Shown here: in pieces, positions 17,387 to 27,224 of the stretch
Position numbering within the stretch: the stretch's first letter is position 1
How the letters are laid out: every line of letters starts with the position of its first letter
DNA from: Bacteroidota bacterium
GTDB taxonomy: Bacteria; Bacteroidota; Bacteroidia; 2-12-FULL-35-15
Length of the DNA: 64,000 bases
Assembly: GCA_029237775.1 (NCBI GenBank)
Contig: JAQZBR010000002.1
Location: forward strand, 713,489-777,488
Direction of reading: 5' to 3'
The notes under the pieces: generated by a model
Databases searched by the model: none
What the model was told of the DNA's origin: nothing
What the model saw: only the letters and a program-made list of their open reading frames with translations
Program-made: the position numbers and the translations under genes

Positions 17387-18430
17387 ATGATCAATCATCA
17401 ACACGCAAAGCTTCATCAGGTAGCTGTACATAAAGTTGGAAATAAAGGACTGAATGAAGAGATCGTATTTTCAAAGAACACGATCCCTCTGGAGGATGAC
17501 AATACCAATCAGCTTCTTTTAAAATATTTTCTTGGGTCATTTTCAGGTGAAGAAGCATTTGAATTCTTTCACGAAAGTGACCTTGAATTAAATGAAAGCT
17601 ATTCTTTTGCGAGTAAAATATTTAATAATAAGAATTCGCTCTTCGCACAAAGCAAGAGTTTTGCAAAGCACCTTCATCTTTGTTCTGAACACCCGAAGAT
17701 CAAGAACGGGGAGCTTTACGTAGCTTATTTCACCGGAGTGATGTTAGATGATGAGCACAAGGATGTTGTGGGCATCTTCAAATCTGAATCGAAGGAAGAT
17801 TTTCTTAAAGTTGAGCAAAACGGAGAATATTTCGAGATCAATGCGGATGAAGGAATCAGCACCAAAAAACTTGACAAGGGCTGCCTGATTTTTAAAACAG
17901 AGGAAGCAGAAGGTTATAAAGTATTTATTATCGACAACCTGAGCAAGTTCGGAGAAGCTCAATACTGGAAGACAGATTTCCTGAAAGTAAAACCTTGCAG
18001 TGATAAATACCACCACACGAAGGATTTTCTAAGCATTACGAAAAACTATGTCACGAAGCAGTTAACGGAAGATTTTGAAGTTAACAAAAGTGAGCAGGCT
18101 GCTATCCTCAACCGTTCCATGGAATATTTTAAAAGTCACGACAACTTCGATAAGAAAGAATTTGAAGAAGAGGTTTTTCAGGATCCCGGAGTGATCAAGT
18201 CATTCAGAAAGTATGATGATGAATATCGTGAGAATCATAACATAGAACTTGAAGATGAATTTGAGATCTCGCCTGAAGCCGTAAAAAAGCAAGCGCGTAT
18301 CTTCAAAAGCATTATCAAGCTTGACAAGAATTTCCATATTTATGTTCATGGCGCCCAGGACATGATAGAGCAGGGAGTTGATAAAGATGGAAGGAAATTT
18401 TATAAGATCTATTTTGAGAAGGAGATGTAA
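17387..18430 (+). CDS. Nucleoid-associated protein (NA37/YejK-like)
   Basis: AVHKVGNK, HPKIKNGELYV, GIFKSE, LDKGCLIF and IKLDKNFHIYVHG motifs. Confidence 0.85.
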   Translation: MINHQHAKLHQVAVHKVGNKGLNEEIVFSKNTIPLEDDNTNQLLLKYFLGSFSGEEAFEFFHESDLELNESYSFASKIFNNKNSLFAQSKSFAKHLHLCSEHPKIKNGELYVAYFTGVMLDDEHKDVVGIFKSESKEDFLKVEQNGEYFEINADEGISTKKLDKGCLIFKTEEAEGYKVFIIDNLSKFGEAQYWKTDFLKVKPCSDKYHHTKDFLSITKNYVTKQLTEDFEVNKSEQAAILNRSMEYFKSHDNFDKKEFEEEVFQDPGVIKSFRKYDDEYRENHNIELEDEFEISPEAVKKQARIFKSIIKLDKNFHIYVHGAQDMIEQGVDKDGRKFYKIYFEKEM

Positions 18431-18450
18431 CTCCGTAGCAAACGTATTTC

Positions 18451-20238
18451 CTAATACGATTCCCTCAGCTCTGACCTGTATTTAGTCAGTATTGTTGATT
18501 TTGAAAGAAAGCCCACATAGCTCTCTTCGTCCACAACAGGCAAGTTCCATTGTCCGGACTCGTCAAACTTTTTCATGATTGAAAAGATATCATCTTTCTT
18601 AAGCTCGATCTGCGTGCCAGTTTTTCTCATCAGCTCCTTTGCAATTACTTTATCATAGAGGTCCTGGTTAAACATCTCCTCCCGGATATAATCCAGCTGG
18701 ATAATTCCAAGCAATCGCCCGTGTTTGTTTACAACCGGAAAAACGTTTCTTGGTGAATGTTTGATCGTCTCAACTATACTTCTGAGTTTAGAATCCAGCT
18801 CAACAGTGGTAAAGTTTTTTTCAATCATCCCTTCCACTTCTATCTTGCCAAGAATACTTTTGTCTTTATCCTCAGAAATATAAGCGCCCATTTTCTTCAA
18901 ACGCTTTACATCGAGCGAATCGGGATGAAATGATTTCACAAGCGCGTAGCTGCATGCTGAAACAATCATGAGCGGGATCATCAGCTCATAGCCGCCTGTA
19001 ATCTCAGCGATCAAGAAGATCCCAGTGAGAGGAGCGTGAAATACTCCTGCAAGCACACCCGACATAGCAACAATAGTAAAATTAGTGACCGGAATATTTT
19101 CGCAACCAAATAGTTTTAGCAAGAATGAAAATGCAAATCCCAAATATGCCCCGACAAATAAGGTCGGAGCAAAATTACCGCCATTCCCCCCCGAACCCAG
19201 AGTTAAACCTGTAGCAACGCTTTTCAGCAGCATTGTTCCTGTAATAAAGAAAAAGACCTTCCACTTATTATTTATGTAATTTTCAAAAACACTATCCTTG
19301 AACAGGAGGGCTATATTGTTATTGGATAAATCCATGATACTTTCATAACCTTCACCAAAAAGTGATGGAAACATTGCGATCAGGAACCCTAAAAGAACAC
19401 CGCCAACTATTAATCGGTTCAGCGGTTTCTTTATTCTTTTGGAAAGAACAAATTCGGTTTTATCGAAGAAAGTTACATAGTACAATGAAAGGAAACCGGC
19501 AAGCACTCCCAATAAAATATAATAAGGGACATTATAATAATCGAAGGGTTGTTTGAGGCTAAACTTCAATAAAATACCTTCACTCAAAATTATTTTTGAA
19601 GTAAGTGCACCAGAGGCGGAAGCGATCAGCAGAGGAATAAATGCTGTTAAGTTCACACCGACAAGCAATACTTCAAGTGCAAAAAGCAAACCTGCAACCG
19701 GAGCGTTAAATGCCCCTGCGATTCCGCCAGCTGCACCGCATGCTAGCAATAATGTTCTGTCCTTGTAATTTAGTTTATAGGTCCCCGCATAATTTGAACC
19801 GATTGCAGAACCTGTGCTTACGATTGGAGACTCCAATCCCGCAGAACCACCGAAACCAACTGTTACAGCACTTGTAACAAGGTGTGAATACATTTGCGAA
19901 AACGGAAGAAAAGATGCTTTCTTAGCGATGGCAAAAAGGATAGCAGAAGCGCCCCGTTGAATGCTGGTAAAAAAACGTCTGATTATAAATACGGTGATGG
20001 CAATACCCAAAATAGGCAGCAGCAGATACAGATATTTGAAACCTGTAGTGAATATATTCTGCTCCACCACATAATGACGAATAAAGAATACGAAGGATTT
20101 TAAAATAACCGCAGCTAAACCGGCTGAAATTCCGACAAGTGCGCTGGATAAAAGCAGAAACTGCTTTTCACTCAGTCTGCCATGTAACCAGTTCAGAACC
20201 TTCTCCACATAATGTATCCCAACGCCTCTGAACTTCAT
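18451..20238 (-). CDS. CLC chloride channel/transporter with a CBS pair
   Basis: GGSAGLESP, AFNAP, GGNGGNFAP and HAPLT motifs, followed by C-terminal CBS domains. Confidence 0.92.
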   Translation of the reverse strand: MKFRGVGIHYVEKVLNWLHGRLSEKQFLLLSSALVGISAGLAAVILKSFVFFIRHYVVEQNIFTTGFKYLYLLLPILGIAITVFIIRRFFTSIQRGASAILFAIAKKASFLPFSQMYSHLVTSAVTVGFGGSAGLESPIVSTGSAIGSNYAGTYKLNYKDRTLLLACGAAGGIAGAFNAPVAGLLFALEVLLVGVNLTAFIPLLIASASGALTSKIILSEGILLKFSLKQPFDYYNVPYYILLGVLAGFLSLYYVTFFDKTEFVLSKRIKKPLNRLIVGGVLLGFLIAMFPSLFGEGYESIMDLSNNNIALLFKDSVFENYINNKWKVFFFITGTMLLKSVATGLTLGSGGNGGNFAPTLFVGAYLGFAFSFLLKLFGCENIPVTNFTIVAMSGVLAGVFHAPLTGIFLIAEITGGYELMIPLMIVSACSYALVKSFHPDSLDVKRLKKMGAYISEDKDKSILGKIEVEGMIEKNFTTVELDSKLRSIVETIKHSPRNVFPVVNKHGRLLGIIQLDYIREEMFNQDLYDKVIAKELMRKTGTQIELKKDDIFSIMKKFDESGQWNLPVVDEESYVGFLSKSTILTKYRSELRESY

Positions 20239-20243
20239 GGTGC

Positions 20244-20831
20244 TTACCTGACAATTTTAAAGATGGTTTTAAAAATGATCTTGAAATCAGTGAGGATTCC
20301 CTGCTGCCGGATATACTTAAGATTCAGATCCAGTTTGTGCGGCATGATCTCTTCGATATATACCTTTTCAGGGTCTGAAGCTTTACCGAGAATCTCATTT
20401 TCATTGCTGTATTCAATGCTTGCAAAATCGGTGATACCGGGCTTGACAGACAACACCTGTTTTTGCTGAGCATTGTACATATCAACATACCTGCGTACTT
20501 CCGGCCGGGGACCAACCAGACTCATATCTCCGGTCAAAACGTTGATCAATTGAGGAAGCTCATCAATTTTATATTTGCGAATGTAATATCCTGAACGTGT
20601 GATACGGCTGTCGCGACCACCCACAGTCAAAAGCCCTGCTTTATCAGAATCGGTTCGCATAGAGCGAAATTTAAAAAGCCTGAAATCCTTTCCGTCCTTG
20701 CCTACTCTTACCTGTCGGTAAAACACGCCACCTTTAGAATCCAGCATAATGATCAGGGAAATGATCAAAAACGGAATGAAAAGGATTATTAATCCTATCA
20801 GAGAAAAGAATATATCAAACAATCTCTTCAT
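20244..20831 (-). CDS. Small phosphoglycosyl transferase (PglC-like)
   Basis: KRLFD, KFRSM, IDELPQL and MSLVGPRPE motifs. Confidence 0.92.
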   Translation of the reverse strand: MKRLFDIFFSLIGLIILFIPFLIISLIIMLDSKGGVFYRQVRVGKDGKDFRLFKFRSMRTDSDKAGLLTVGGRDSRITRSGYYIRKYKIDELPQLINVLTGDMSLVGPRPEVRRYVDMYNAQQKQVLSVKPGITDFASIEYSNENEILGKASDPEKVYIEEIMPHKLDLNLKYIRQQGILTDFKIIFKTIFKIVR

Positions 20832-22039
20832 TATCCAATCACCTTCGTTACTGCGCTTACCACTGCATCTAAAACAGTCTTAACCATTTCGTCATTCAGA
20901 TTATAAAAGATCGGGAGAGAAATTTCCCTTGAATAATTATCGAAGGTGACCGGATAATTATGAACGTTATAACCCTGGTTTACATAAAAGCTCATCATTG
21001 GAACCGGAATAAAATGCACATTTACCGAAACGTCTTTTTCGAAGATCTCTTTGATGATCGCATCACGCTGAACTTCTGTAATATTTTTAATTCTTAACGC
21101 GTATAGATGATAGCAGCCTTCCGTTTTATCATTTTTCAAAACAGGCAGCTGGGCCCAGTCGTATTTCGACAGTTCCTTAGAATATTGCTCGCAAATAGCT
21201 TTCCTTCTCGGTAGGGTATCGCTGTCGTAACGCTCCAGTTCAATCTGGCCTATTACAGCCATGATATCAGTCATGTTGCACTTATAACCCGCTTCCACGA
21301 TATCATATCTCCAGTTACCTTTTTGTGTTTTCGCAAGTGCGTCTTTATCCTGGCCATGCAATGTTTTAACACATAATGATTTGTAAACCGTTTCATTATC
21401 AAAGGGAGCAGGTAAATTTAAAGCCACTGCCCCGCCTTCTGCAGTTGTCAAATTCTTCACTGCATGAAAAGAAAAGACCGAGACATCCGTTAAAGATCCT
21501 GCCCTTTTGCCTTTATACCAAGCTCCGAATGAGTGTGCAGAATCAGAAAGAACCATAATCCTTCCCATCATTTTTTGTTCTTCAGTGACGGGAACAAACT
21601 TATCTGAATGCTTCTTTACGATTTCATTGATCTTATCGTAATCGCAAGGATAACCCGCGAAATCAACCGGCATGACTACTTTGGTTTTTGAAGTTATTGC
21701 CTTTTCAATATTAGCAGCTGAGATATTAAAATCGTCTGCATTAACATCTACAAATACCGGCTTTGCACCACAATGCATTACAACATTGGCAGTAGCTGAA
21801 TAAGTATATGCCGGAAGAATAACTTCATCCCCTTCTTTCACTCCAAACCAGCGAAGCATTATCTCAAGGCCGGCAGTTGCACTGTTCAGACACAACGTTG
21901 CTTTGTTACCGCAATATGCGCTGATCTCTTTTTCAAATTGCTTTGTGCGCGGACCGGTAGTGATCCAGCCTGATTGCAATACTTTAGTTACTTCATCAAT
22001 GATCTTCTGATCAATTCGGGGCGGAGAAAATGGAATCAT
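20831..22039 (-). CDS. DegT/DnrJ/EryC1/StrS sugar aminotransferase
   Basis: SGWITTGP, DSAHSFG and the PLP lysine motif FSFHAVKNLTTAEGG. Confidence 0.92.
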   Translation of the reverse strand: MIPFSPPRIDQKIIDEVTKVLQSGWITTGPRTKQFEKEISAYCGNKATLCLNSATAGLEIMLRWFGVKEGDEVILPAYTYSATANVVMHCGAKPVFVDVNADDFNISAANIEKAITSKTKVVMPVDFAGYPCDYDKINEIVKKHSDKFVPVTEEQKMMGRIMVLSDSAHSFGAWYKGKRAGSLTDVSVFSFHAVKNLTTAEGGAVALNLPAPFDNETVYKSLCVKTLHGQDKDALAKTQKGNWRYDIVEAGYKCNMTDIMAVIGQIELERYDSDTLPRRKAICEQYSKELSKYDWAQLPVLKNDKTEGCYHLYALRIKNITEVQRDAIIKEIFEKDVSVNVHFIPVPMMSFYVNQGYNVHNYPVTFDNYSREISLPIFYNLNDEMVKTVLDAVVSAVTKVIG

Positions 22040-23307
22040 AAAATAGTTGGTTGAGAATTTTTTTCAGATTTATTATTAATAAAACAATAACATAAGATCG
22101 TGCTAAAGAATGCGAAAAACATGACTCCAGCTTGCGTTTCAAGCATGGATTCAAAAAGAAAATTAAGTCCTGAAAGAACACAAAAGCCCCAAAGAAGCAG
22201 GTTAATATTTTTTAAAGTTAATAGGACCGGTAATCCTAAACATAGTAAAAGACAAATCAACCCTGTTAGTCCGAGTGCGACAGAAGTATTCAAAAACTGG
22301 TTGTGGGAGTTTAATTTATGTTCCAGTTCATTCATCATCCCCTTCTCTTTGTATTTTTCAAGCATCGCTGTCTTTGCATCACCGGTTCCTGTTCCAAAAG
22401 CCGGATTGCTTTTAAGTAACTCCGCTGCCGCCTGCCATACGAGAATACGACTGGCTGTTCCTTCGCTGCTCTTTTCAAGCTTCTCGTCAGAGCCGGCATT
22501 CACAACCGCTTCTGTGGCAGAGGTAATTCGTTGAGAATATTGCGGTGCTGAGATATTAAAGACATAAAACATACTTCCGAGAATGATCAGTATGATAATA
22601 CCTTCAACAAGTTTTCTCTTCAGCATAAAGCTTACAAAAATGTAAAAGGAAATCAGGAACAGGCCTACCCATCCGGCTTTTGAACTGAGCAACAAAACGA
22701 AAGCTCCGAAAAACAATGCAACCAAATACCATTTCAATGTCAGCTTTATTTCTCCTTTAGAAACCAGATAGTATAAAGAAAGTAAAGCAAAGTTCACATA
22801 CATAGAAAGATAGCTTGGATGTATAATCGGAGATAAACGATTGTAATAAAAGTAGCTTGCCCCAAGATCGTATTCAATTCCATCGATAAGAACATACACC
22901 GGTTTCAGATAGCAGTATAGCGACCATGAAAAACAGATCAATCCGGAAAGGAGACATCCGTAAATAAAGTATTTTAAATATACATTGATGTCTTTTCTGA
23001 TATCCTGCAACCTCGTAGAGAGTATCAGCGGAAAAATTATCAGGGAAAGTTTTGTTTCCAGAATCTGGAAACCTTCAGCTCTATTGACTGAATATATAAT
23101 TCCGGCAGAGTAAATCAGAAACAGAAAACTTAAAGCCAGCACCGGCAGATTATTCCTGAGCACGAGAAGGCCGGTGGGAATCCTTTGCGGTTCAATGATC
23201 CAGCAAAGAGAAAGAAGAATTATCAACGGTGGAACCAGACTGGAATAAACAGGAAGACAAACCACTATGGCCAAAATGATCAGTTTGAAAAATTTTTCTA
23301 TTTTCAT
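22036..23307 (-). CDS. O-antigen ligase/Wzy_C family membrane protein
   Basis: About 11 TM segments. SSKAG, R..VW, GTGTG and SHNQFL motifs. Confidence 0.85.
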   Translation of the reverse strand: MKIEKFFKLIILAIVVCLPVYSSLVPPLIILLSLCWIIEPQRIPTGLLVLRNNLPVLALSFLFLIYSAGIIYSVNRAEGFQILETKLSLIIFPLILSTRLQDIRKDINVYLKYFIYGCLLSGLICFSWSLYCYLKPVYVLIDGIEYDLGASYFYYNRLSPIIHPSYLSMYVNFALLSLYYLVSKGEIKLTLKWYLVALFFGAFVLLLSSKAGWVGLFLISFYIFVSFMLKRKLVEGIIILIILGSMFYVFNISAPQYSQRITSATEAVVNAGSDEKLEKSSEGTASRILVWQAAAELLKSNPAFGTGTGDAKTAMLEKYKEKGMMNELEHKLNSHNQFLNTSVALGLTGLICLLLCLGLPVLLTLKNINLLLWGFCVLSGLNFLFESMLETQAGVMFFAFFSTILCYCFINNKSEKNSQPTIL

Positions 23308-23314
23308 TTCTGCT

Positions 23315-24328
23315 TTATCTGCTGAGTTTCATGTTCTCTTCCGAAATCGTTTTGCGGTTAAGGATAAAAAAATCGAAAATTCCTTTTAAATATCCCGTGC
23401 CGTAACTCCAATGTAGTATAAGGAAAGAATATACAATATTAAAAACGATGGACAATTCTCTCGTTGCAGAGAATGCTTCCCTGAACGCCATTACCCAGTA
23501 AAGAGTAAAGATAAGAAGATAAGCCGCTGCTAAATAAATGTGAAAGAAACTCATTAACATACCAAGCACAACAAACAAAACAAAAAATGCGGGGATCAGC
23601 TGTCGTACAGTTGTCACCGTTTTATGCTTCCTGTTCACATACACCTTCCAGTATCCGTACTGATTGTATTGCTTGTACAATTTAGGGAAAGACGCGCGTA
23701 CAAAATACCTTGAACGGATGGCATGCGACAAATAAATTTTGAATCCAAATTTTAGGATTCTGAAATTGAATTCATCGTCCTGATTACGAACCAGATCCTC
23801 ATCAAAATATCCGGCCGTTTCAAACACTTCTTTTTTATATGCACCAAAGGCAACAGTGTCCACGTATCCATCCTTCTTTCCAGTTCTGAAATGTGCATTA
23901 CCAACACCAAAAGAAGATGCCATTGCAATGGAAATAACGCTGGAGATCCTGTCTTCCATGACATTTTCCAGTAATCCGCCAACACAACCTATCTGAGGAT
24001 CGATCTCAAAAGCTTTTATACATTCATTTATATAATCGGGATAAATTTCTGCATGCGCGCCAAGGATAATTCGGACATCACTATCTGAAGCCATGATCCC
24101 AAGATTTAGAGCATATTGAGTAGTTCTCCTTTTATTCTCTATCATTTTGATAAAAGGATATTTCAATGTGAATCCGGTGATGAGGTCAACTGTTTTATCA
24201 TCGCTCATTCCATCACATACGAACACTTCTAAAAGCTCTTTCGGATAATTTGAATCAACAATTGACTGAAGACATCGTACAATGTACTTCTCTTCATTGC
24301 GACATGGTATGGTTATCGAAACTCTCAT
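23315..24328 (-). CDS. Glycosyltransferase family 2 (ExoA-like)
   Basis: IPCRNEE, DGMSDD and RNQDDE motifs. C-terminal TM helices. Confidence 0.9.
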   Translation of the reverse strand: MRVSITIPCRNEEKYIVRCLQSIVDSNYPKELLEVFVCDGMSDDKTVDLITGFTLKYPFIKMIENKRRTTQYALNLGIMASDSDVRIILGAHAEIYPDYINECIKAFEIDPQIGCVGGLLENVMEDRISSVISIAMASSFGVGNAHFRTGKKDGYVDTVAFGAYKKEVFETAGYFDEDLVRNQDDEFNFRILKFGFKIYLSHAIRSRYFVRASFPKLYKQYNQYGYWKVYVNRKHKTVTTVRQLIPAFFVLFVVLGMLMSFFHIYLAAAYLLIFTLYWVMAFREAFSATRELSIVFNIVYSFLILHWSYGTGYLKGIFDFFILNRKTISEENMKLSR

Positions 24329-24738
24329 CCAAGAAATTGTTGTTTCTCCTCTGCAGTAGGGATACGACAGGTTTCTTTTTTACCCCAGAATTTGTAGCGA
24401 TTTTTCGCGATCCATGAATAAACTCCATCTCGCAGGAACTTTGGTACAACAAGGAACGCAGGCAACAATTTATGCGGACCTGAAAGTTTTTTCGACAGTT
24501 GAAGAATGGCGTCAGAGCGAAAATAAAACTTCTCTCCGGAATAATAAATGATCGTGTCAAGATCGGTGCTGTCTATGGAATGTTCTTTTAAGAAAGAATT
24601 GGCAAATTCAGATTGCAGTGAAGCGTAATAAATGTCTTTCGTCTTATTTCTTTTATAAATAGTATCCACCGTAGTGTTGCAGAAGTTGCAGACACCATCA
24701 AAAAAAACAATATTTAAATTTTTATGCTCTTGTTGCAT
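24325..24738 (-). CDS. DCC1-like (DUF393) thiol-disulfide oxidoreductase
   Basis: FDGVCNFC, ASLQS, RD..Y..IAKNRYK.WG and CRIP motifs. Confidence 0.9.
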   Translation of the reverse strand: MQQEHKNLNIVFFDGVCNFCNTTVDTIYKRNKTKDIYYASLQSEFANSFLKEHSIDSTDLDTIIYYSGEKFYFRSDAILQLSKKLSGPHKLLPAFLVVPKFLRDGVYSWIAKNRYKFWGKKETCRIPTAEEKQQFLG

Positions 24739-25852
24739 CAGCCAAAGTATTATAAACGGCAATTATTTTTTTTTCTTCAGCGCCCCAATTGTATTTTTCA
24801 ACAACAGCTTTTCTACCGTTTCGTCCCATTTGAGCCGACAATTCGGGATCAGCTATCAGCTTATTTAAAGCGTTTGCAATTTCTTGCGGATTCTCAGGAT
24901 CAACACAAACCCCGCAATTGTTCTTTTCGATAATCTCCTTCCATAATGGAAAATGCGAGCCAAGAACAGGAATTGCTGCACTCATATATTCAAACATCTT
25001 GTTCGGCTGAGCGTCAACGTGATTAGGCATCGGTAAAAAAGTTACAACACCAACTTTAGAACGTGCCATGATCTTTGCTGTTTCATTACGTCCAACAAAA
25101 CCAAACTCATTCACTTTAGGCCAGCCAGCCTTCGATACAAGCACCTCCCGGAATTGTGCAGGCGAAAAATCTCCTGCAAGATTCAGTTTCAATCCATTAG
25201 TCAATGGCAATGAATCGATCAAAGATTCAATGCCCCTGATGGCCGAGATCCCACCTATATAACAAACTTCTTCCTGCTTTTGTTGCCAGTCTGTTTCCGG
25301 TCCAAGCTCGCTTAGCAAAGGAAAATTATTTATGTCTGTAGTCCGAGCATTGATCTTTACAAAACGATCCCTGATAAAAGGAGTTGCGGTTAAAATATGA
25401 TCAAGCTGTTTTGCGATCCTGTTTTCATAGATTCTGAAAGCTGTTGCCACAGAAGTTCTTAGGAATTTATTGATCCAGTATTTACCTAAGATCTGCTTTG
25501 GAACATCCTCATGTGCATCATAGATCACTTTCTTCCCTTTACGTTTTAACTTTAAACCGTATGGCAATAACTCAGGATCATGGAAATGATAGATATCAGC
25601 GTTTAAGCTTAATGCTTTTTGGTAAACAATTTTAGATGTGTTCAGCATCCGGGTAAAACGCCCCGATACAGGAGCGGTGGCGTTCACAATATTGACTCCT
25701 TTTGTATGCTTCTCTTCGCAGTTTGCAGCGACAAGGAACACCTCAAAACCCGCTGCTGCAAGAGAAACGCATTCTTTATGGAATATCCTTACATCATCCG
25801 GTTTGTGAGCGGATGTGAAATGACAAATGCGTATATTTTTTTTATTCTCCAA
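24722..25852 (-). CDS. Glycosyltransferase family 4
   Basis: HFTSAH..DDVRIF, YDAHED and PNKMFEYMSA motifs. TTG start. Confidence 0.88.
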   Translation of the reverse strand: MENKKNIRICHFTSAHKPDDVRIFHKECVSLAAAGFEVFLVAANCEEKHTKGVNIVNATAPVSGRFTRMLNTSKIVYQKALSLNADIYHFHDPELLPYGLKLKRKGKKVIYDAHEDVPKQILGKYWINKFLRTSVATAFRIYENRIAKQLDHILTATPFIRDRFVKINARTTDINNFPLLSELGPETDWQQKQEEVCYIGGISAIRGIESLIDSLPLTNGLKLNLAGDFSPAQFREVLVSKAGWPKVNEFGFVGRNETAKIMARSKVGVVTFLPMPNHVDAQPNKMFEYMSAAIPVLGSHFPLWKEIIEKNNCGVCVDPENPQEIANALNKLIADPELSAQMGRNGRKAVVEKYNWGAEEKKIIAVYNTLADATRA

Positions 25853-26608
25853 TTATCTGAATAATGCGTTGATCTCGGATTGTTCCGGATAACTGATCAA
25901 AACCGCTCTATGCTTACCGTGAAATACAAACATGCTTCCTGCAGCAGCGGCAGAAGCACCTGCGTTTACTGCCTGTTTAAAATGATTCAACTCCCCTGCA
26001 CCACCACAGGCGATCAGTGGAATATCGATCTCCCCTGAAATACTTTTTATAAGATCCAGGTCATACCCCTGCATCACACCATCACGATCAATAGAATTTA
26101 CCAAAAGTTCGCCTGCCCCGGCTTTATTGATCTCCACAGCAAATTTTGATGCTTCCATCTTTGTATTGCTCGTTCCGCTCTTTGTATACACTTCGTATTT
26201 CCCCCAGAAATTCTTTTTAACATCCATGCTAACAACAATGGTTGAGCTTCCGAAAACATCTGCGGCTTCACGGATAAAATCAAGTTTCACTGCATTTGAG
26301 TTGATTGAGACTTTCTCAATTCCCATACTGATCAGCTTTCTTATTTCTTCAATCGAACTAACAGCACCGCCATAACCCAGTGGCATAAAGCATTCGCCTG
26401 CCATCTGGTAAAGAAGCTCATAATTCGGCTTTTTATTTTCAAGGGAAGCTGTGATATCAAGAATGATCAATTCATCCACTTCTTTATCATTGAAAATCTT
26501 AACCGCATTCAGAGGATCACCTATATACTTCGGCTCTTTGAATTTTAATGTTTTGTAAAGGCCGGTTCCTTTTAAAAGAAGGATTGGAATGATGCGCGGG
26601 GTTTCCAT
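25853..26608 (-). CDS. HisF-like cyclase subunit of glycan amidation (WbuZ type)
   Basis: RIIPILL, YIGDPLN, GYGG, SIDRDG and ACGGAG motifs, located inside a glycan locus. Confidence 0.88.
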   Translation of the reverse strand: METPRIIPILLLKGTGLYKTLKFKEPKYIGDPLNAVKIFNDKEVDELIILDITASLENKKPNYELLYQMAGECFMPLGYGGAVSSIEEIRKLISMGIEKVSINSNAVKLDFIREAADVFGSSTIVVSMDVKKNFWGKYEVYTKSGTSNTKMEASKFAVEINKAGAGELLVNSIDRDGVMQGYDLDLIKSISGEIDIPLIACGGAGELNHFKQAVNAGASAAAAGSMFVFHGKHRAVLISYPEQSEINALFR

Positions 26609-26609
26609 A

Positions 26610-27221
26610 TCAGATCGATAAAAAGTTAGTGAATAACTTCATTCCGAACTTATGGCTTTTTTCAGGGTGGAACTGAACTCCGCATAGGTTGCCTTTTTCA
26701 AAACCGGAAACATATTCAGTACCGTATGTTGACGTTGTAAGAACATCTTCCGGCTTATTTGATTTTACGTAATATGAATGAACAAAATAAAAACGCGGCT
26801 CCGGATACATCTCTTTCAGATAAGCACTTTCCTTTTTCTGATACACATGCTTCCATCCCATGTTCGGGATCTTATTTACTGAACTCTTTTCGAATTTGAA
26901 TTTGATTGTCTCCGCATCAAACCAGGCTAAGCCAGGTTCTGAGCCTTCCTCACTGCCTTTCGTCATCAGCTGCATTCCCAGACAAATACCTAAGAAAGGT
27001 ACTTTTTCATTGAAGGCTTTTTCATTCAAGATATCAATGAATCCCGACTTTTTCAAATTATTCATTCCTGTGTCAAATGAGCCGACACCCGGTAAAATTA
27101 TTTTTTTCGCCTGGCGGATCTCATCAATATTGGAAGTGATCACAGCTTCGCCACCGATCTTTCTGATCATGTTCTTGATCGAACCTAAATTTCCACACCC
27201 GTAATCAATTATTGCAATCAT
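26610..27221 (-). CDS. HisH-like glutaminase subunit (WbuY type)
   Basis: IDYGCGN, LPGVG, GICLGMQ and QFHPEKS motifs. Confidence 0.9.
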   Translation of the reverse strand: MIAIIDYGCGNLGSIKNMIRKIGGEAVITSNIDEIRQAKKIILPGVGSFDTGMNNLKKSGFIDILNEKAFNEKVPFLGICLGMQLMTKGSEEGSEPGLAWFDAETIKFKFEKSSVNKIPNMGWKHVYQKKESAYLKEMYPEPRFYFVHSYYVKSNKPEDVLTTSTYGTEYVSGFEKGNLCGVQFHPEKSHKFGMKLFTNFLSI

Positions 27222-27224
27222 TTC

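Noticed and set aside
25853-27221. Histidine biosynthesis hisF/hisH
   Set aside because: No other his genes are present. Position beside a WbuX-like amidotransferase indicates the glycan-modifying paralogs.
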